Below are positions 43,866-54,986 of a stretch of 64,000 nucleotides of DNA, piece after piece. Below the pieces are notes generated by a model, which saw only the letters and a list, made by a program, of their open reading frames with translations, searched no databases and was not told the origin of the DNA. The translations under genes were made by a program, and so were the position numbers. Within the stretch, counting starts at the first letter, position 1. Every line of letters begins with the position of its first letter. Source of the stretch: an uncultured Planctomycetota bacterium (lineage in GTDB: Bacteria > Planctomycetota > Planctomycetia > Isosphaerales > Isosphaeraceae); contig CAWGMQ010000005.1 of NCBI GenBank assembly GCA_963823665.1, positions 704,001 through 768,000 of the forward strand, given 5' to 3'.

Positions 43866-44531
43866 TCAGTTCAACAGCACGTGCAGGTCGTCGAAGATTT
43901 CATCGATGCACTTTCTGGATACACCCCAATCGTATTTCTGGCCGGGGATCTGGGCTTTGGCGTCGACCAGGGTGCCGTGCGGGTGGCGCTCGATGCTCAG
44001 GGTGATCTGGCCCTCAAGGGCACGCAGGCCTTGCGGGAGGGTTGCCTCGATCACGCAGCCGTTTTCGCCTTGATGCACCTCTTTGAGGGGACGGCCGCGG
44101 CGCGAGAGGGAGCAGACTGCCGCTACCAGCATCTTGCCGACTGGGGATGGCAGGAACTCCTTTCGCGACATGCCGGTTTGAATGCCCAGGCGCGCGGAGA
44201 TCGGCGCGATCACGCTCGTCAACTTGCTCATGGGGATCGGCAGGCCGGTCAGCGGTTTTGTGAATACGTCACAGATTTTCAGGATGTCTTCACTGGTTAA
44301 TCCCTTGTGGATCGGAGGGCCGTGCTTGGCGATCAGGTCGCGGACCTCGGGGAAATGGATCAACACCTGGTAGCGACATTCGTCGTGCCAGTCGGCGACG
44401 GTGGTTGAGGTTGAGGCTGAATTTGAGTTTGAGTCTGTGCCATCGTCCGGCAACCAGGTTGAAACGATGGACGTGCCGCAGTAAGCACAGAAACGGCCGG
44501 TGGCTTTTTCACCGCAGTTTGTACAGAACAT
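43866..44531 (-). CDS. Zinc-ribbon domain hypothetical protein
   Basis: N-terminus MFCTNCGEKATGRFCAYCG; C-terminus QKYDWGVSRKCI. Confidence 0.75.
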   Translation of the reverse strand: MFCTNCGEKATGRFCAYCGTSIVSTWLPDDGTDSNSNSASTSTTVADWHDECRYQVLIHFPEVRDLIAKHGPPIHKGLTSEDILKICDVFTKPLTGLPIPMSKLTSVIAPISARLGIQTGMSRKEFLPSPVGKMLVAAVCSLSRRGRPLKEVHQGENGCVIEATLPQGLRALEGQITLSIERHPHGTLVDAKAQIPGQKYDWGVSRKCIDEIFDDLHVLLN

Positions 44532-44764
44532 CGCACATACGTCCTGTGTGTGATGAACCGAGTCCTCGCTCACTTGTCATTTGCCAGGCGGGGGCTCGAA
44601 TGGGATTCCTTGTTCCGGCAACTTCATGCATCGATCGGGGATGCATTCATTCATGCGGGACTTGGTGGGGGGCCACAGATTACCAGTGAGGGGCGAAACA
44701 CGCCAGGCGAGGTGGGGAGGAATTTTTGGGGGGGCGGCGGTGGGTTTTGAGCTCATACGCGATT

Positions 44765-44976
44765 TCAGGTCCGCAGATGGCGAACCCTACATGTATGTCG
44801 CTGATGGAGCAGGCAATACTCGCATCGATTGCCGGCTCGCGAGCGAACGAGTTCGCGGGTGCCCGAATCCATCAGGAACTGCCGTTCGGATGCAGATGCC
44901 GACGGGCTTTCAACTGAAGGATCGAAAGAAAGTCATCGAGGTTCACGAAAGCCTCATATTCCGCCCGCTCCTCTGC
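44765..44976 (-). pseudogene. Relic of a small-protein + HNH endonuclease two-gene cassette
   Basis: Manual translation gives ...EERAEYEAFVNLDDFLSILQLKARRHLHPNGSS-stop, overlapping (TGATG) MDSGTRELVRSRAGNRCEYCLLHQ..., which is truncated after about 25 recognisable codons. Confidence 0.65.
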
Positions 44977-45031
44977 GGCGCCTCTCTCTCTGCTTGGCCT
45001 CATGGCGCGGCGGCGGGGCAGACTATGAGGT

Positions 45032-45057
45032 CCCTTCGCGGAGCGAAGGGCGACAAT
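45032..45057. repeat. Short palindromic element CCCTTCGC-GGA-GCGAAGGG-CGACAAT
   Basis: Perfect 8-bp stem downstream of the FG-GAP gene. Could be REP-like or terminator-like. Confidence 0.45.
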
Positions 45058-45097
45058 GGGTCGGGGGCGGCGGCGCGATCGCGGCGGCGCGTTTCTC

Positions 45098-48000
45098 TCA
45101 GCTTGGCCTCGTGGCGCGGCGGGTGATCCAGCGGCTTGTTTGGCGGGTTAGCCAAATGATCAACATGAGAACACTTGCAGCGCACGCACCTGGCACGAGG
45201 GCCAGCTCGCTGCCGGAGCGGCTGTAGTGCTCGATCGGGGGCATGGTTCGCATGTCGAACCAGAGCCAGATGGCCGCGATCGTGAAGGAGGACAGGAGCG
45301 TGAAGCCGGTCAGGAAGATCAGAGTGCGCCAGCGCTTGCGGAACAGGGTCAGTCCAACGACGAGGACGAACGCTACGAGTGGAACGCCTGCGGCCGAGCC
45401 GAGTGCGAAGAGGGCCAGGGGGCTCGATGGCAACGGGGTTGATGCTGAGGGGACCGGGAGTAGCGGCTCCACGGCTTGAAAGGCTGTCAGGGGGACTGCG
45501 GCTGCTACCGGTAGGGCCATCAAGACGCGCAGGCTCCAGGGGCGCCGGCGCGCGGCCAGCCAGAGGAGGGACAAAGGCACGAAGACGTTGAGGAGAGCCA
45601 GGCCGAGCACGGCGAGCAGGCCGGTGCGGGCTGTCTGGGGGGTCATGAGATTGGTCCAGGGAAGGCCGCGCGTCCAGCGTGGGTCGTCGCGGGCGAGGCC
45701 GGGCGGCGGGGTGGCGCCGGAGGGGGGAAGGTAGTCGCCTTTTGGCGTCGCCGGCAGGGCGTTCCGGCAGATTGTTCCCGACAGATTGTTTCTCGTGAAG
45801 ATCAGCCGGGGTAGGCGTGTCGAGTTGCCGGGGTCGAGCAGCTCGCCGCTCTGGCGGCTTGCGAGCGGGAACGGTTTGTGGATCCAGCGCAGCTCGCCGG
45901 TCATGCCGTCGATGGCTCGCGAGGGAGGGAGGATCAAGGTGCTCGGCCGGCCGGCGTACGGCCGAGAAACGCGCAGGATCGACATGTCGTCGGTCGGGAA
46001 GGACCAGCGGTCTTTCAGGTCGCTGCCCCAGGCGTAGAGCTTGTTGTCGTTCCACACGATCAACTCGTCGCGGCCGTCGCCGTCGAGATCGATCATGTAG
46101 TCGCCGACGGGCGGGAAATAGTTGGTGGGTTTGGGCTCGGGCGGCAAGGCACGGCTGGCGCGTTCCTTGCCGTCGAGGTCGAGGATCACGATGCGGCCCT
46201 CGCGGCGGTGGTTGCTGTAGGTCACGCATACGGCGTCTGTTCTCGTATGGTCGAGCGCGATTCCGTCGATGCCCCCGAATACCTTGCGATCGCCCTCACC
46301 GAGGCCGCTGCGCCAGGTCCAGCGCTCGGCTCCATCGCGGCCGTTCAAGGCGTGCACGAGCAGCTCGTTGCTCGTGCTTGTCGCAGGCGATTCCTCGACG
46401 AAAAGCGTCGCTGGCTCATTAGGCGCTCCCGTGGCAATTACGACCGCAGGGTACCCGGAATAAGATCCATCGTAGTGAATCAGCCGCGACCAGCGGTTCA
46501 CGGCATCATGGAGCGAGATGACCTTGAGCTCGAAGTCTGCTTGTCCAGGCTGGACGGAACGGCGGATGACGACGGCAGCGTCGAGCGTGCCGTCGCCATC
46601 AAGATCGTCGAGCCTGGGCGGTCCGGGCGACGGTTCGCCGGGCGACGGTGTCGATGGCTGCTCTTCCAAGGGGATGTCCCAGACGATGCGGCCCGTGCGC
46701 CCGGAGACCCGGGCCAATCGCTGGAAGGTCGGCCCCCAGGGCGAAATCGGTGCGGGCTTCGCAGTTGCCGTTGGCTTCACGAACGGGCTACGGTGAAGCA
46801 CGAGCAGGTCGGGCGAGACATTGGCGTCGACCACGCAGGGCCCAAACCAGGAGACGTTTGAAAAACCGTGCGCCTCGAAACCGAGCGGCAGCGGCCCGGC
46901 GGTCCAGAGATGGCGGCCGTCGCGGCCGGAGAGGAGCTGGAGCGGCAAGCAGGCCGGCTGCCGGCCGATTGCGTCCTGGTCATTGGTAGATTTCTGGACG
47001 ACGACGTCGGGGGTGCCGTCGCCGTCGAAGTCGCCCAAGGGAAGCGGAGACGCGGCGAGTCTGTAGGACCGGCCGGGCTCGGGCAAGAACCAGAGCCAGG
47101 GCGGGTCGAGCACGGTCTTCCAGAGCACGTGGCCGTCAAGTCCCGAGCGGGCGATGGCGGTGCGGCTGCCGGTGGGGCCGCTCAACGAGGGTCCCGTGAT
47201 GTTCAGCCCATTGCTCAAGGTATCGGCGATCCCATCGCCGTCGAGATCCGCGGGCTCGCTCCCGGAGTTCGGGCCCAGGGTGAAGTTGGCCGTTGACACC
47301 GGACGAAACCAGCCGAAGGCCCGCCACGCCTCGGGCGGATTGCCGCGGACGGAGCGGAGCTCGCCGGCGGCGGAGCCCCAGAGGTCGAGGAGGCCGTCGC
47401 CGTCGAGGTCGGCGGTGCCGATCCGGGTCAGGCCCATCGCCTGGTGCAGCTCTCGGCCCGTCGACGCTTCCAGGGTGTATACGATTGGGGAATTGAAATA
47501 GGAATTGTAGGGCGCGAATTCGCGTCCGGGCTCGGGACCGCCAAGCGGAACCGCCAGGAGCGGCCAACCGTCGGGACCGCGGCCCCACCACTGGGGCGGC
47601 CTGATCGCGGTGAACTTGTCTTCCGGGAGGTCTACATGCCAGTGCCAGAGCGGATGGCCATCGCGGCCCGAGAGGGCATCGAGGTAGATTTGCTGGGGCT
47701 CGGTTCGGGGATCGGATCGGGATGCGGGCGGGAATCGGCCGTCGAATCGCGAGACGGTGATCAGCTCACGAAAGCCGTCGCCGTCGAGGTCGGGCGCGAC
47801 GACGAGGTTATCCAGGCGATCGTCGGCTTTTGTCTCGGGCTGCATCGGACGGAACCAGCGACTACGGCCAGAGTTGCCGGAGAGAACACGGAGGCCGCGG
47901 TAGGCGGCCTTCTGGGGCAAGGGGCCGGAGTCAGGGACGATCACCTCGCTCTGGCCGTCGCGATCGAGATCGATGAGCCATGGCCATTCTGGACGAAGGA

Positions 48001-49433
48001 ACATCTCATGCGACAGCGGGTATCGCGCTGCGATCGGAACGGTCCATAGCGTTTTTCCGGTGTCGAGTGAACAGGCCGTCAGCGATTGCTGTTGGGGCGA
48101 CGCCCCTTGCCCGAGCGCGATGACCTCCGGCTCGCCGTCACCGGTCAGATCGGCGTACTGGAGCGGGCGCACGGGCCCGAAGCCCAGGTCGAACGGCGCG
48201 GATCGCGGCTGACCGGTGGCGGGGTCGAGAAGGGTCAGCGTGGGGCCATCCAGGATCGCGACCTGGGCGGAGCGCTTCCCGCGCACGAACGCGGCTGGCT
48301 TGTCCCAGTACTGCACGATGATATGCGCGAACGTGGGGTCGAGCGCGAATGTCCACAACGAGCGGCCGGACCGGCCTGAGATCGCCACGATGATTCGGCG
48401 AGAGAAGGCGGGGGTCGTGGGTAAAGGCGGTTTCTTGGTGCGCTGTTGGACCTCTGACGGGGTCTCATGGAAGGCCAGTGTGGCGATCAGGTCGGGGGTG
48501 CCGTCGCCGTTCAAGTCGCCGACTGAGGGCAAACCGATGAGACCGCCTGGTCGATCCGCGGGCTTCATCCGACGGGCTGAGCCTGGGCTTTCCGCGAGCG
48601 GACGGCCGGAGCCGTCGACCTCGGCGGTAAAGTTCCAGAGCATTGATCCATCCTGGCCCGAGAGGGCGATGAACGATCCGCCGCCCGCGACGCTCGCCAC
48701 GAGCACATCGGGAGTGCCGTCACCATTGCAGTCGATCGCGGACTCGATCACGTGGATGCGCCCAGCCGTTTTGGCCGAATGTGTTGAACCAGGGGCCGGG
48801 ATCGTGGCCGGGGCCAAACGGCGTTTTCGGCTTGGCCGTGTTCCAGACGAGCTCGCCCGTTCGGGCGTCGCGGCGGAGGACGGCTGGGCCGGTGAACTCG
48901 AGGATGTCGAATCGGCCGGGCGTCAGCTCCAGCGCTGTGGTGACCGGTGCAAAGGGCATCGGCTCGTCGCGAGGCCGCTGGCCTGGGCCCCAGTTCGGTG
49001 GGTCTCCAGCCGCCTTGAGCAGGCGGCCCTCGTCGAGGGAGAGCTCATAGGTGATGGTCTCGCCTTGATTGACGGCGAGCCGGTAGGTTTGACCGAGACG
49101 GCCGATTCCGTTCACGCGGAGCCGGTAGTCGCCCGCCGGCAAGGACAGGGTCGAGCGTGCGACGACGTCGAACGGTTCGGCCAACGGCTCGTCGCCGGAT
49201 TCGGGCAGGAGCTGGGCGAGTAGTGGTATGCCATCGTTGGTCAGGATGATCCGGCCGAGGCGCCAGTGGGAGTAATAGCGCCAGGCGGCGAGGCTGAGGA
49301 GCAGGACGAGGAGTGTGGCGAGGACGGTCAGGGCGCGGTCGCGGAGGATTGGCTTGCGGTCCTGGAGGTAGCGTACGAGGGCGTGGGGGGAGGGAGGGGC
49401 TTCCGGGGCGGGCGTGGCGCTGGGTTCGATCAT
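45098..49433 (-). CDS. Large membrane-anchored FG-GAP/PQQ-like beta-propeller protein, frameshift(s) near 48760-48820
   Basis: Many DxDGDGxxD/E motifs and SGRDG-xx-LW blades, an N-terminal TM and C-terminal TM helices. ORFs 48720-49433 and 45098-48817 join. Confidence 0.85.
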
Positions 49434-49602
49434 GCTCGTTTGTCCGAATACTGCGATCGCGCTGGCACTCGCTGTCTAGCGTGCCACGTTTTCACCTGGG
49501 GCCCGGTTGCAACACGTTCGGGTGTTCGGAGTCGGGTGGGCCGTCCCGAAGCGTCCGCGCCGTCGATTATTCCATTGCCGCGGGTGGAACGAACAGTGGG
49601 GA

Positions 49603-50494
49603 TCACACCGCCGCACGCGGCGCCGGCAATCCTGCCACCTCGCCCATCTGCCCGCGCAGCCGATCAACCGCAATTTCGGCGTCGCGCGCCCCGTCCGTCG
49701 CACCGCGAATGACGGGTTCGGGCAGCGATCGTTTTAGCATCGCTCCGGCCGCCGCCACCGGTAACGTCGCCAGGTAGCCCAGCCCAAAGCTTCCCAGGTA
49801 AAGCACCTCACGCGTTGCCTCGAAGACGACGGGAAAACTTCGCGACGGCGGTACGTCCTGGGCCGGAGGAATCACCAGCACCTTGCCGCGCCGCCTCAGC
49901 CACCGCTCTTGAAACACCCGCCGCGCCGCGGTGTCCACGCGGCGCATGAACGCGTAGTCCAGAACCACCGTCGCGATTTCCCCCAGAAACGGGACGGCCT
50001 CGAGCACAAGGTCTTCGGCCAGTTCGCACCGCAATCCTTGAAGCTCCAGCGGCGCCGTCTTGGGATCATGCATCAAGAAATAGAGCCGGGCACGAATGTT
50101 TTGCCGCGTTTCCGCGTCGTCTGCCGTCGCCAGTTCCAATACGCCCAGTACGTAGTATCGTTCGCGCTCCGTGGCAAGCGGGTAGCCGTAGCAGTTACCA
50201 ATGCGCCGGATCGCGCGGATCGCAGCGGCCAGCAGAATGGGCCCGCTTACCGCTGCGCCGAGCATCCCCGCGGCACCAGCCGCGGCCGATTCCAGGATCG
50301 CACCCCGCTGCGCGTGCACGCTCACGTCCTCGGCCAACCGATCGCACTCCTCGAGTGAGTGATGCGCGAGCTCTTCCACCGTGCGCACACCGGCAGCGCG
50401 CGATTTCATCACGCCCTGCTTGGGGATCGACAACCGATTCGATCCGCGAGCACAGTGTTCCCATCACCGACCCGGGCATCACCCTGCCGATCAC
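49603..50494 (-). CDS. EcsC family protein (5' end uncertain, frameshift near 50400)
   Basis: GAAGMLG...AIRAIRRIGNCYGY...EAVPFLG...ARRVFQERWL. Confidence 0.65.
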
Positions 50495-50498
50495 CGCT

Positions 50499-52376
50499 TC
50501 AGTAGCTCATCGCTTCTTCGGTAGCGGGTGGGAAGGCAGTTCGTGTCTCCTGGAGGTGAAGCCGTAGAATGCGGCGGAGCTCGTCGGTCACGCCTGGCTT
50601 GCTGAGCTGGACGTGGAAGCCCGGGACGAGCACTTCCGAGGAGGCTGACACCAGGTGTGCACTCTCGTAGGGAACCACGCCGTCGCCACGCCCGTGGAGC
50701 GTGGGATGGCGGAGCTGGAGCACGATTGAATGGTGGGGCACGCTCGCGGCTACAGGGATCTGGCGCAAGGCCTGGATGACCCGGCTCGATGGACGCAAGT
50801 TACGCAGGCTGAATGTCTCGCCGCGCAGTCCTCCGTTGTAGCTATTTGGTCCGTAGGCAGCCTCGAGCTCATCGCCGATTCGTGCGGTGGTGCCCTGCGG
50901 TCGCGAGAGTGCCAGACCGAGCCGACCGAGGGGACCGTCGGCCATGGGGCTGCCGCCATGTGGTGTCGCGATGAAGACAAGGCGGCGCACATAAGGCTCG
51001 GGCCGGAAGATCAGGGCGCGTTCCAGGAGTGCGTGGGCTTCGGGGGAAATCCGCGAGGCCGGGTACGGAACATTGACGATCGCGTCCCAGACAGCCAGCC
51101 CCGAATCCTGTGCGAGGGTCTTGGTGAGCAGCCCACCCTGGCTGTGCCCCACGACCACCATCTGCTGGAGGGCGGAATCCGAGCCTGATGGATCAAAGAT
51201 GGCCATTGCCTCGCGCAAGCTCGCTCGCAGGTGGGAAGCAGCCACCGGGATCGGCTCACCCGAGGCATAGAGGAACATCCAGAACTGATAGTGGTCGGCC
51301 AGGTCGGGATCGTTGCACAACTCATTGTACGTTTCGGCCCATGGCAACGGGCTCGACAAGAGCCCGTGAACGAGCACCACCGGGATCTTACCGCGGCTGT
51401 AGGGACGGAGCAGGTAGAGGCCCTCCTCGAACCGCCCGAGGTCCGAGGACAGGACCCCGGTCAGAGCCGCAAGGTGTAATGCACGGTCGCGATCGACCTG
51501 GACGGCGAGCGCGACAGTGCGGTCTGCCGCGAGCGGCCACATCTTGCCGCCTGACTCGACGGCCTGGAAGTCGAACGGGTCGAGAAGGTTGAGCGTCAAG
51601 GAACGATCGTGCCACGGCCCGCCTGTCCCCAGGGCGCCGACACTCAGCACGGCGGTGGCCGGCGTCGCCACGTCGCCAGGGAAGAATCGGTCCTCCGGCA
51701 CACGGGCTTGGCGATCGCGGTCCGGAGGCCACAGGGCGACGCAGGGCACACCGAGGCCGTCGGAACCGTAGTGGTGGGAAAGCCCGGAGACGTGGTACTC
51801 ACAGGCGCTGACGATAGAACAGATCCGCTCCGGAGCAAGCAGGCGGGTCGTCCCCACCGTTGCGATGCCGAGCTCAGACAGGGTCGCGCGCCAGTCGGTT
51901 CGAGCGGACGATTTGCCGACGATCGGCCCTTTCTGGGCGAGAGCGAGCAGGCGCGCCACGGCGGCGTTGTGGATATCTCTGGCTTTGGGACCGATTGGTT
52001 GGGGTCCCTCGAGCGCGAGCAAGGCGTAGGCGGCCGCGTCGCGATGGAGTGCGATGGCTCGCGCCCACGATTGACATTCGAGGGCACGGGCGCGGCGGCA
52101 TGATTGGGCCGCCAGGATGAAGGCGAGCTCGGGGCCGGGATGCGAGTCGAAATGGTCGCCGAGCGCGCCGGCGGCTCCGTCGAAACCGACGGGAGGCTCG
52201 CGACTCAGAATCGAGCGCTCCAGATTCTGGTCATTGTGCCCGTGGATTTCGCCTGGCCGGCGCATGAGGTCGATGAACGCGCGTGTTGCCGGCATCCTCG
52301 TGGCTCGAGCGCCGTCGCAACCCAAGGGGAGTGCGACGACGATCGCGACGAGGAGGGCCAGCGCGGTTCTTCGCAT
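50499..52376 (-). CDS. Alpha/beta hydrolase (lipase/esterase-like) lipoprotein
   Basis: Lipobox LGC, KIPVVLVHGL, GHSQGG nucleophile elbow, IATPHGGS and GDGVVPYESAH. Confidence 0.88.
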   Translation of the reverse strand: MRRTALALLVAIVVALPLGCDGARATRMPATRAFIDLMRRPGEIHGHNDQNLERSILSREPPVGFDGAAGALGDHFDSHPGPELAFILAAQSCRRARALECQSWARAIALHRDAAAYALLALEGPQPIGPKARDIHNAAVARLLALAQKGPIVGKSSARTDWRATLSELGIATVGTTRLLAPERICSIVSACEYHVSGLSHHYGSDGLGVPCVALWPPDRDRQARVPEDRFFPGDVATPATAVLSVGALGTGGPWHDRSLTLNLLDPFDFQAVESGGKMWPLAADRTVALAVQVDRDRALHLAALTGVLSSDLGRFEEGLYLLRPYSRGKIPVVLVHGLLSSPLPWAETYNELCNDPDLADHYQFWMFLYASGEPIPVAASHLRASLREAMAIFDPSGSDSALQQMVVVGHSQGGLLTKTLAQDSGLAVWDAIVNVPYPASRISPEAHALLERALIFRPEPYVRRLVFIATPHGGSPMADGPLGRLGLALSRPQGTTARIGDELEAAYGPNSYNGGLRGETFSLRNLRPSSRVIQALRQIPVAASVPHHSIVLQLRHPTLHGRGDGVVPYESAHLVSASSEVLVPGFHVQLSKPGVTDELRRILRLHLQETRTAFPPATEEAMSY

Positions 52377-52662
52377 GGATCGGGCCCATCCTGAGCCGTG
52401 GACACGCCGAGGCGCGGTTGAAAAAGACGACGCCGGACATCGTGATTATCGGCCGATATTGCCGAGAGCGACATTTTTTTGGTTGGCGCCCGTCGCGACG
52501 AAGGAAGCGGTTGAGCTGGTTGGGGTCAGATTGGGCTGATGAAATCGGGGGCTCTGCCTTCCGCGGGTGCCTGGCGTATTCGTGGCCTTACACCTTCGGC
52601 GGATTGACCGCAACACGGTGCCCAGTTCATTATTGATCAGTAGAGGAAGGAGGGAGGGCTCA

Positions 52663-53211
52663 ATGCAGTTTCGGTTCAACTTTGATCGCGCACTACAGGC
52701 GAGCGCGTATCTGCTCAGGCTCGACTGCAAGAAAATGAGTTATCTTCGTCTGCTCAAGCTACTTTACATTGGCGACCGCGAGTGGCTTGCGGAGACCGGC
52801 GAGTCAATCACTGGGGACCGGGCTTGTGCGATGAAAAACGGGCCGGTCCTTTCCACGGTTTACGACTTGATCAAGGGTAACGGGTCCAAGGCGGGCGAAT
52901 GGGATGACTTCATCCATACCGAGGGCTACGCGGTCCAGCTCTTGCGCGATCCAGGCCGTGGCGAACTCTCCAAGGGTATCGTCGAGAAGCTCGACGCCAT
53001 CACCAACAGGTACCGCGAAATCGACGACTGGGAACTTTCTGAGCTGACCCATGCGTACAAAGAGTGGGCCGACAATTTCAAGGGCGGAGCCAGTCCAATC
53101 CCTTGGCAGGAAATACTGAAGGCCCAGAACAGACCGGAGATGGTCGAAGCGGTGGAGCGTGATGAGACCGCGCGGCAGATTTTTGACGACGTATTCGGTC
53201 CGGAGCCATGA
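52663..53211 (+). CDS. Panacea domain (DUF4065/SocA/GepA-like) antitoxin
   Basis: RLLKLLYIGDR, ITGD, AMKNGPVLS and ELSELTH...EW motifs; strong RBS. Confidence 0.85.
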   Translation: MQFRFNFDRALQASAYLLRLDCKKMSYLRLLKLLYIGDREWLAETGESITGDRACAMKNGPVLSTVYDLIKGNGSKAGEWDDFIHTEGYAVQLLRDPGRGELSKGIVEKLDAITNRYREIDDWELSELTHAYKEWADNFKGGASPIPWQEILKAQNRPEMVEAVERDETARQIFDDVFGPEP

Positions 53212-53593
53212 AGGCCGGTAGTACCTTCTATATCTGCGACAGAAACGTTGATAGCCATCTCTGGGTAGTGATCTCGGATCCGGAACGAGATCCGCTGCGG
53301 GTAATCATGGTCAGCATGACCACATGACCACTTATGAAGACTATAAGGAAGACGCCTGTTTACTTGATGTTGGTGACCATCCAAATATCAGCCACAAGAG
53401 CTGCGTTGCTTACAACTAAACGAGAATCGCCACCCTTGAGGGATTGAATTCGTTGGCGAGCGGCGGACACGTGACGATGCAGCCGACCGACTCTCAAGAA
53501 GTGCTGCAGCGCATCAGGGCCGGGGTCAGCAAATCACGGAGAATTCATTACAAGTATGTCGAAATTCTGCTTGATCAACAGATCATCGAGTGA
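53208..53593 (+). pseudogene. Inactivated PemK/MazF-like toxin gene coupled to the Panacea antitoxin
   Basis: ATGA overlap with the antitoxin. Removing the 8-bp duplication at 53315-53330 and reading through TAA at 53417 gives about 125 aa: MKAGSTF...HLWVVISDP...IMVSMTT...DACLLDVGDHPNISHKSCVAYN*TRI...VLQRIRAG. Confidence 0.7.
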
Positions 53594-53736
53594 CTTTGGC
53601 CGTCGGCCGAGAACGGCCATGAATCCTGCGTCAGCTCCTCCAAGTTGACGTAATCCGCGAGAAAGTAGGCTGGCATCGATTGAGATAACGGTCCCTCAGA
53701 ACGGCTCATTTTCCAGTGGATAGGGCCACCGCCAGT

Positions 53737-54189
53737 TCAATCCTTCTTGGCGTAGTCCCCTTCCAGGCGATCCTTAACCGCCTGGGCATCCTCTCCCTCC
53801 ACTTCGTTGAGCGTCGCCGCTTCTCCGTCGACTTTCCATTTGAACTTGAACTCCGTCCCGACCGGCACGACATTCTTCACCTTCTCGATCACATTCTCGG
53901 CGCCGCCGAAGCTCTTGACTTTGGCTTTGACCAGACCCTCCTTGGTGACGGTGTAGGAGCATTCGATCTGGATGTTCGCGCTATCCCCGTGAGGATAGAT
54001 CGTGAGCTCGCCCTCGGTCGTGAACTTCAGCTTCGGCTCCGCATCCTTCTTCTCCCACGACCCGGACAGCGATGTCTTGTCCTTTTTGTCTTTATCGTCT
54101 TTCCCGCCGTCGGCCGAGGACGGGCGAGCGGCCAGGGCGAAAATGCCGCAGACCAGCAGTGTGCCAAACCAGAGCGTGTTTCGTCGCAT
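53737..54189 (-). CDS. Small secreted hypothetical protein
   Basis: Signal peptide then LSGSWEK; beta-rich, 150 aa. Confidence 0.75.
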   Translation of the reverse strand: MRRNTLWFGTLLVCGIFALAARPSSADGGKDDKDKKDKTSLSGSWEKKDAEPKLKFTTEGELTIYPHGDSANIQIECSYTVTKEGLVKAKVKSFGGAENVIEKVKNVVPVGTEFKFKWKVDGEAATLNEVEGEDAQAVKDRLEGDYAKKD

Positions 54190-54399
54190 GATCGGCGTCT
54201 CCTTGAGGTGCGAGGCCATGCCGTGTGTCGCCGACTCGGCAACCATCGGCGTGAATGTCCCGCGAATCGAGTGAGTTCGTATGTTAGCGACTGCTAACTT
54301 ACTTGTCCACGGGCAAGCGCAATAGTTTTCCGGCGGTCGCTCCGGGCATCGGTCGAGGCGGCCTGGTATGCGGGGGACTACGGCCCTAGACTGGGGCAC

Positions 54400-54986
54400 A
54401 TGGGCCGCCCAAAGACGATTTCTGATGACGCCGTCCTACGGATTGGCGCAACGTCTTCCGCGAGCACGGGCATACTGCGACGACGCGGGAAATCGCTCAG
54501 GCCGCGGGCATATCGGAGCCGATTCTTTACCGGCGTTTTGGAAGCAAGGATGCCCTCTTCTTCGCTGCGATGCACGCCCAGGGTCCGGAGATTGATGAGT
54601 TGCTCGGGCCTGAGGATCCTCCTGGCGATGCGCGTGAATACCTGAGGACCGTACTCCACCGGCTGGGGGCTTATTTCGCAGAGGTCATCCCGCTGGCACT
54701 TCGAGTCATGACGCACCCGTCGTTTGACCCGGAGTCGTTGTCTCGCACCGTACCCGGCGGCCCGGTGGAGCTGCGGGAGGGCCTGGCAAATCGGCTGGCC
54801 TCACTCGCGCGTCGGCAGCAACTTTCGATCTCGGACGAAGTCGTGCTGGCGCGTCTCCTCCTGAGCCTCGCACACGACTGGGCGCTCGGAGTCGCGTTTG
54901 CCCACGGGAACGTTCCCAGAAACGACCGCAGGCTGGACGAATTCTTGGAGGTTTTGTGGAAAGGGGTGCAGCGCCCTCAGGCGTGA
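54400..54986 (+). CDS. TetR family regulator, frameshift near 54445
   Basis: MGRPKTISDD, then in the shifted frame FREHGHTATTREIAQAAGISEPILYRRFGSKDALF. Divergent from the secreted-protein gene. Confidence 0.85.
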
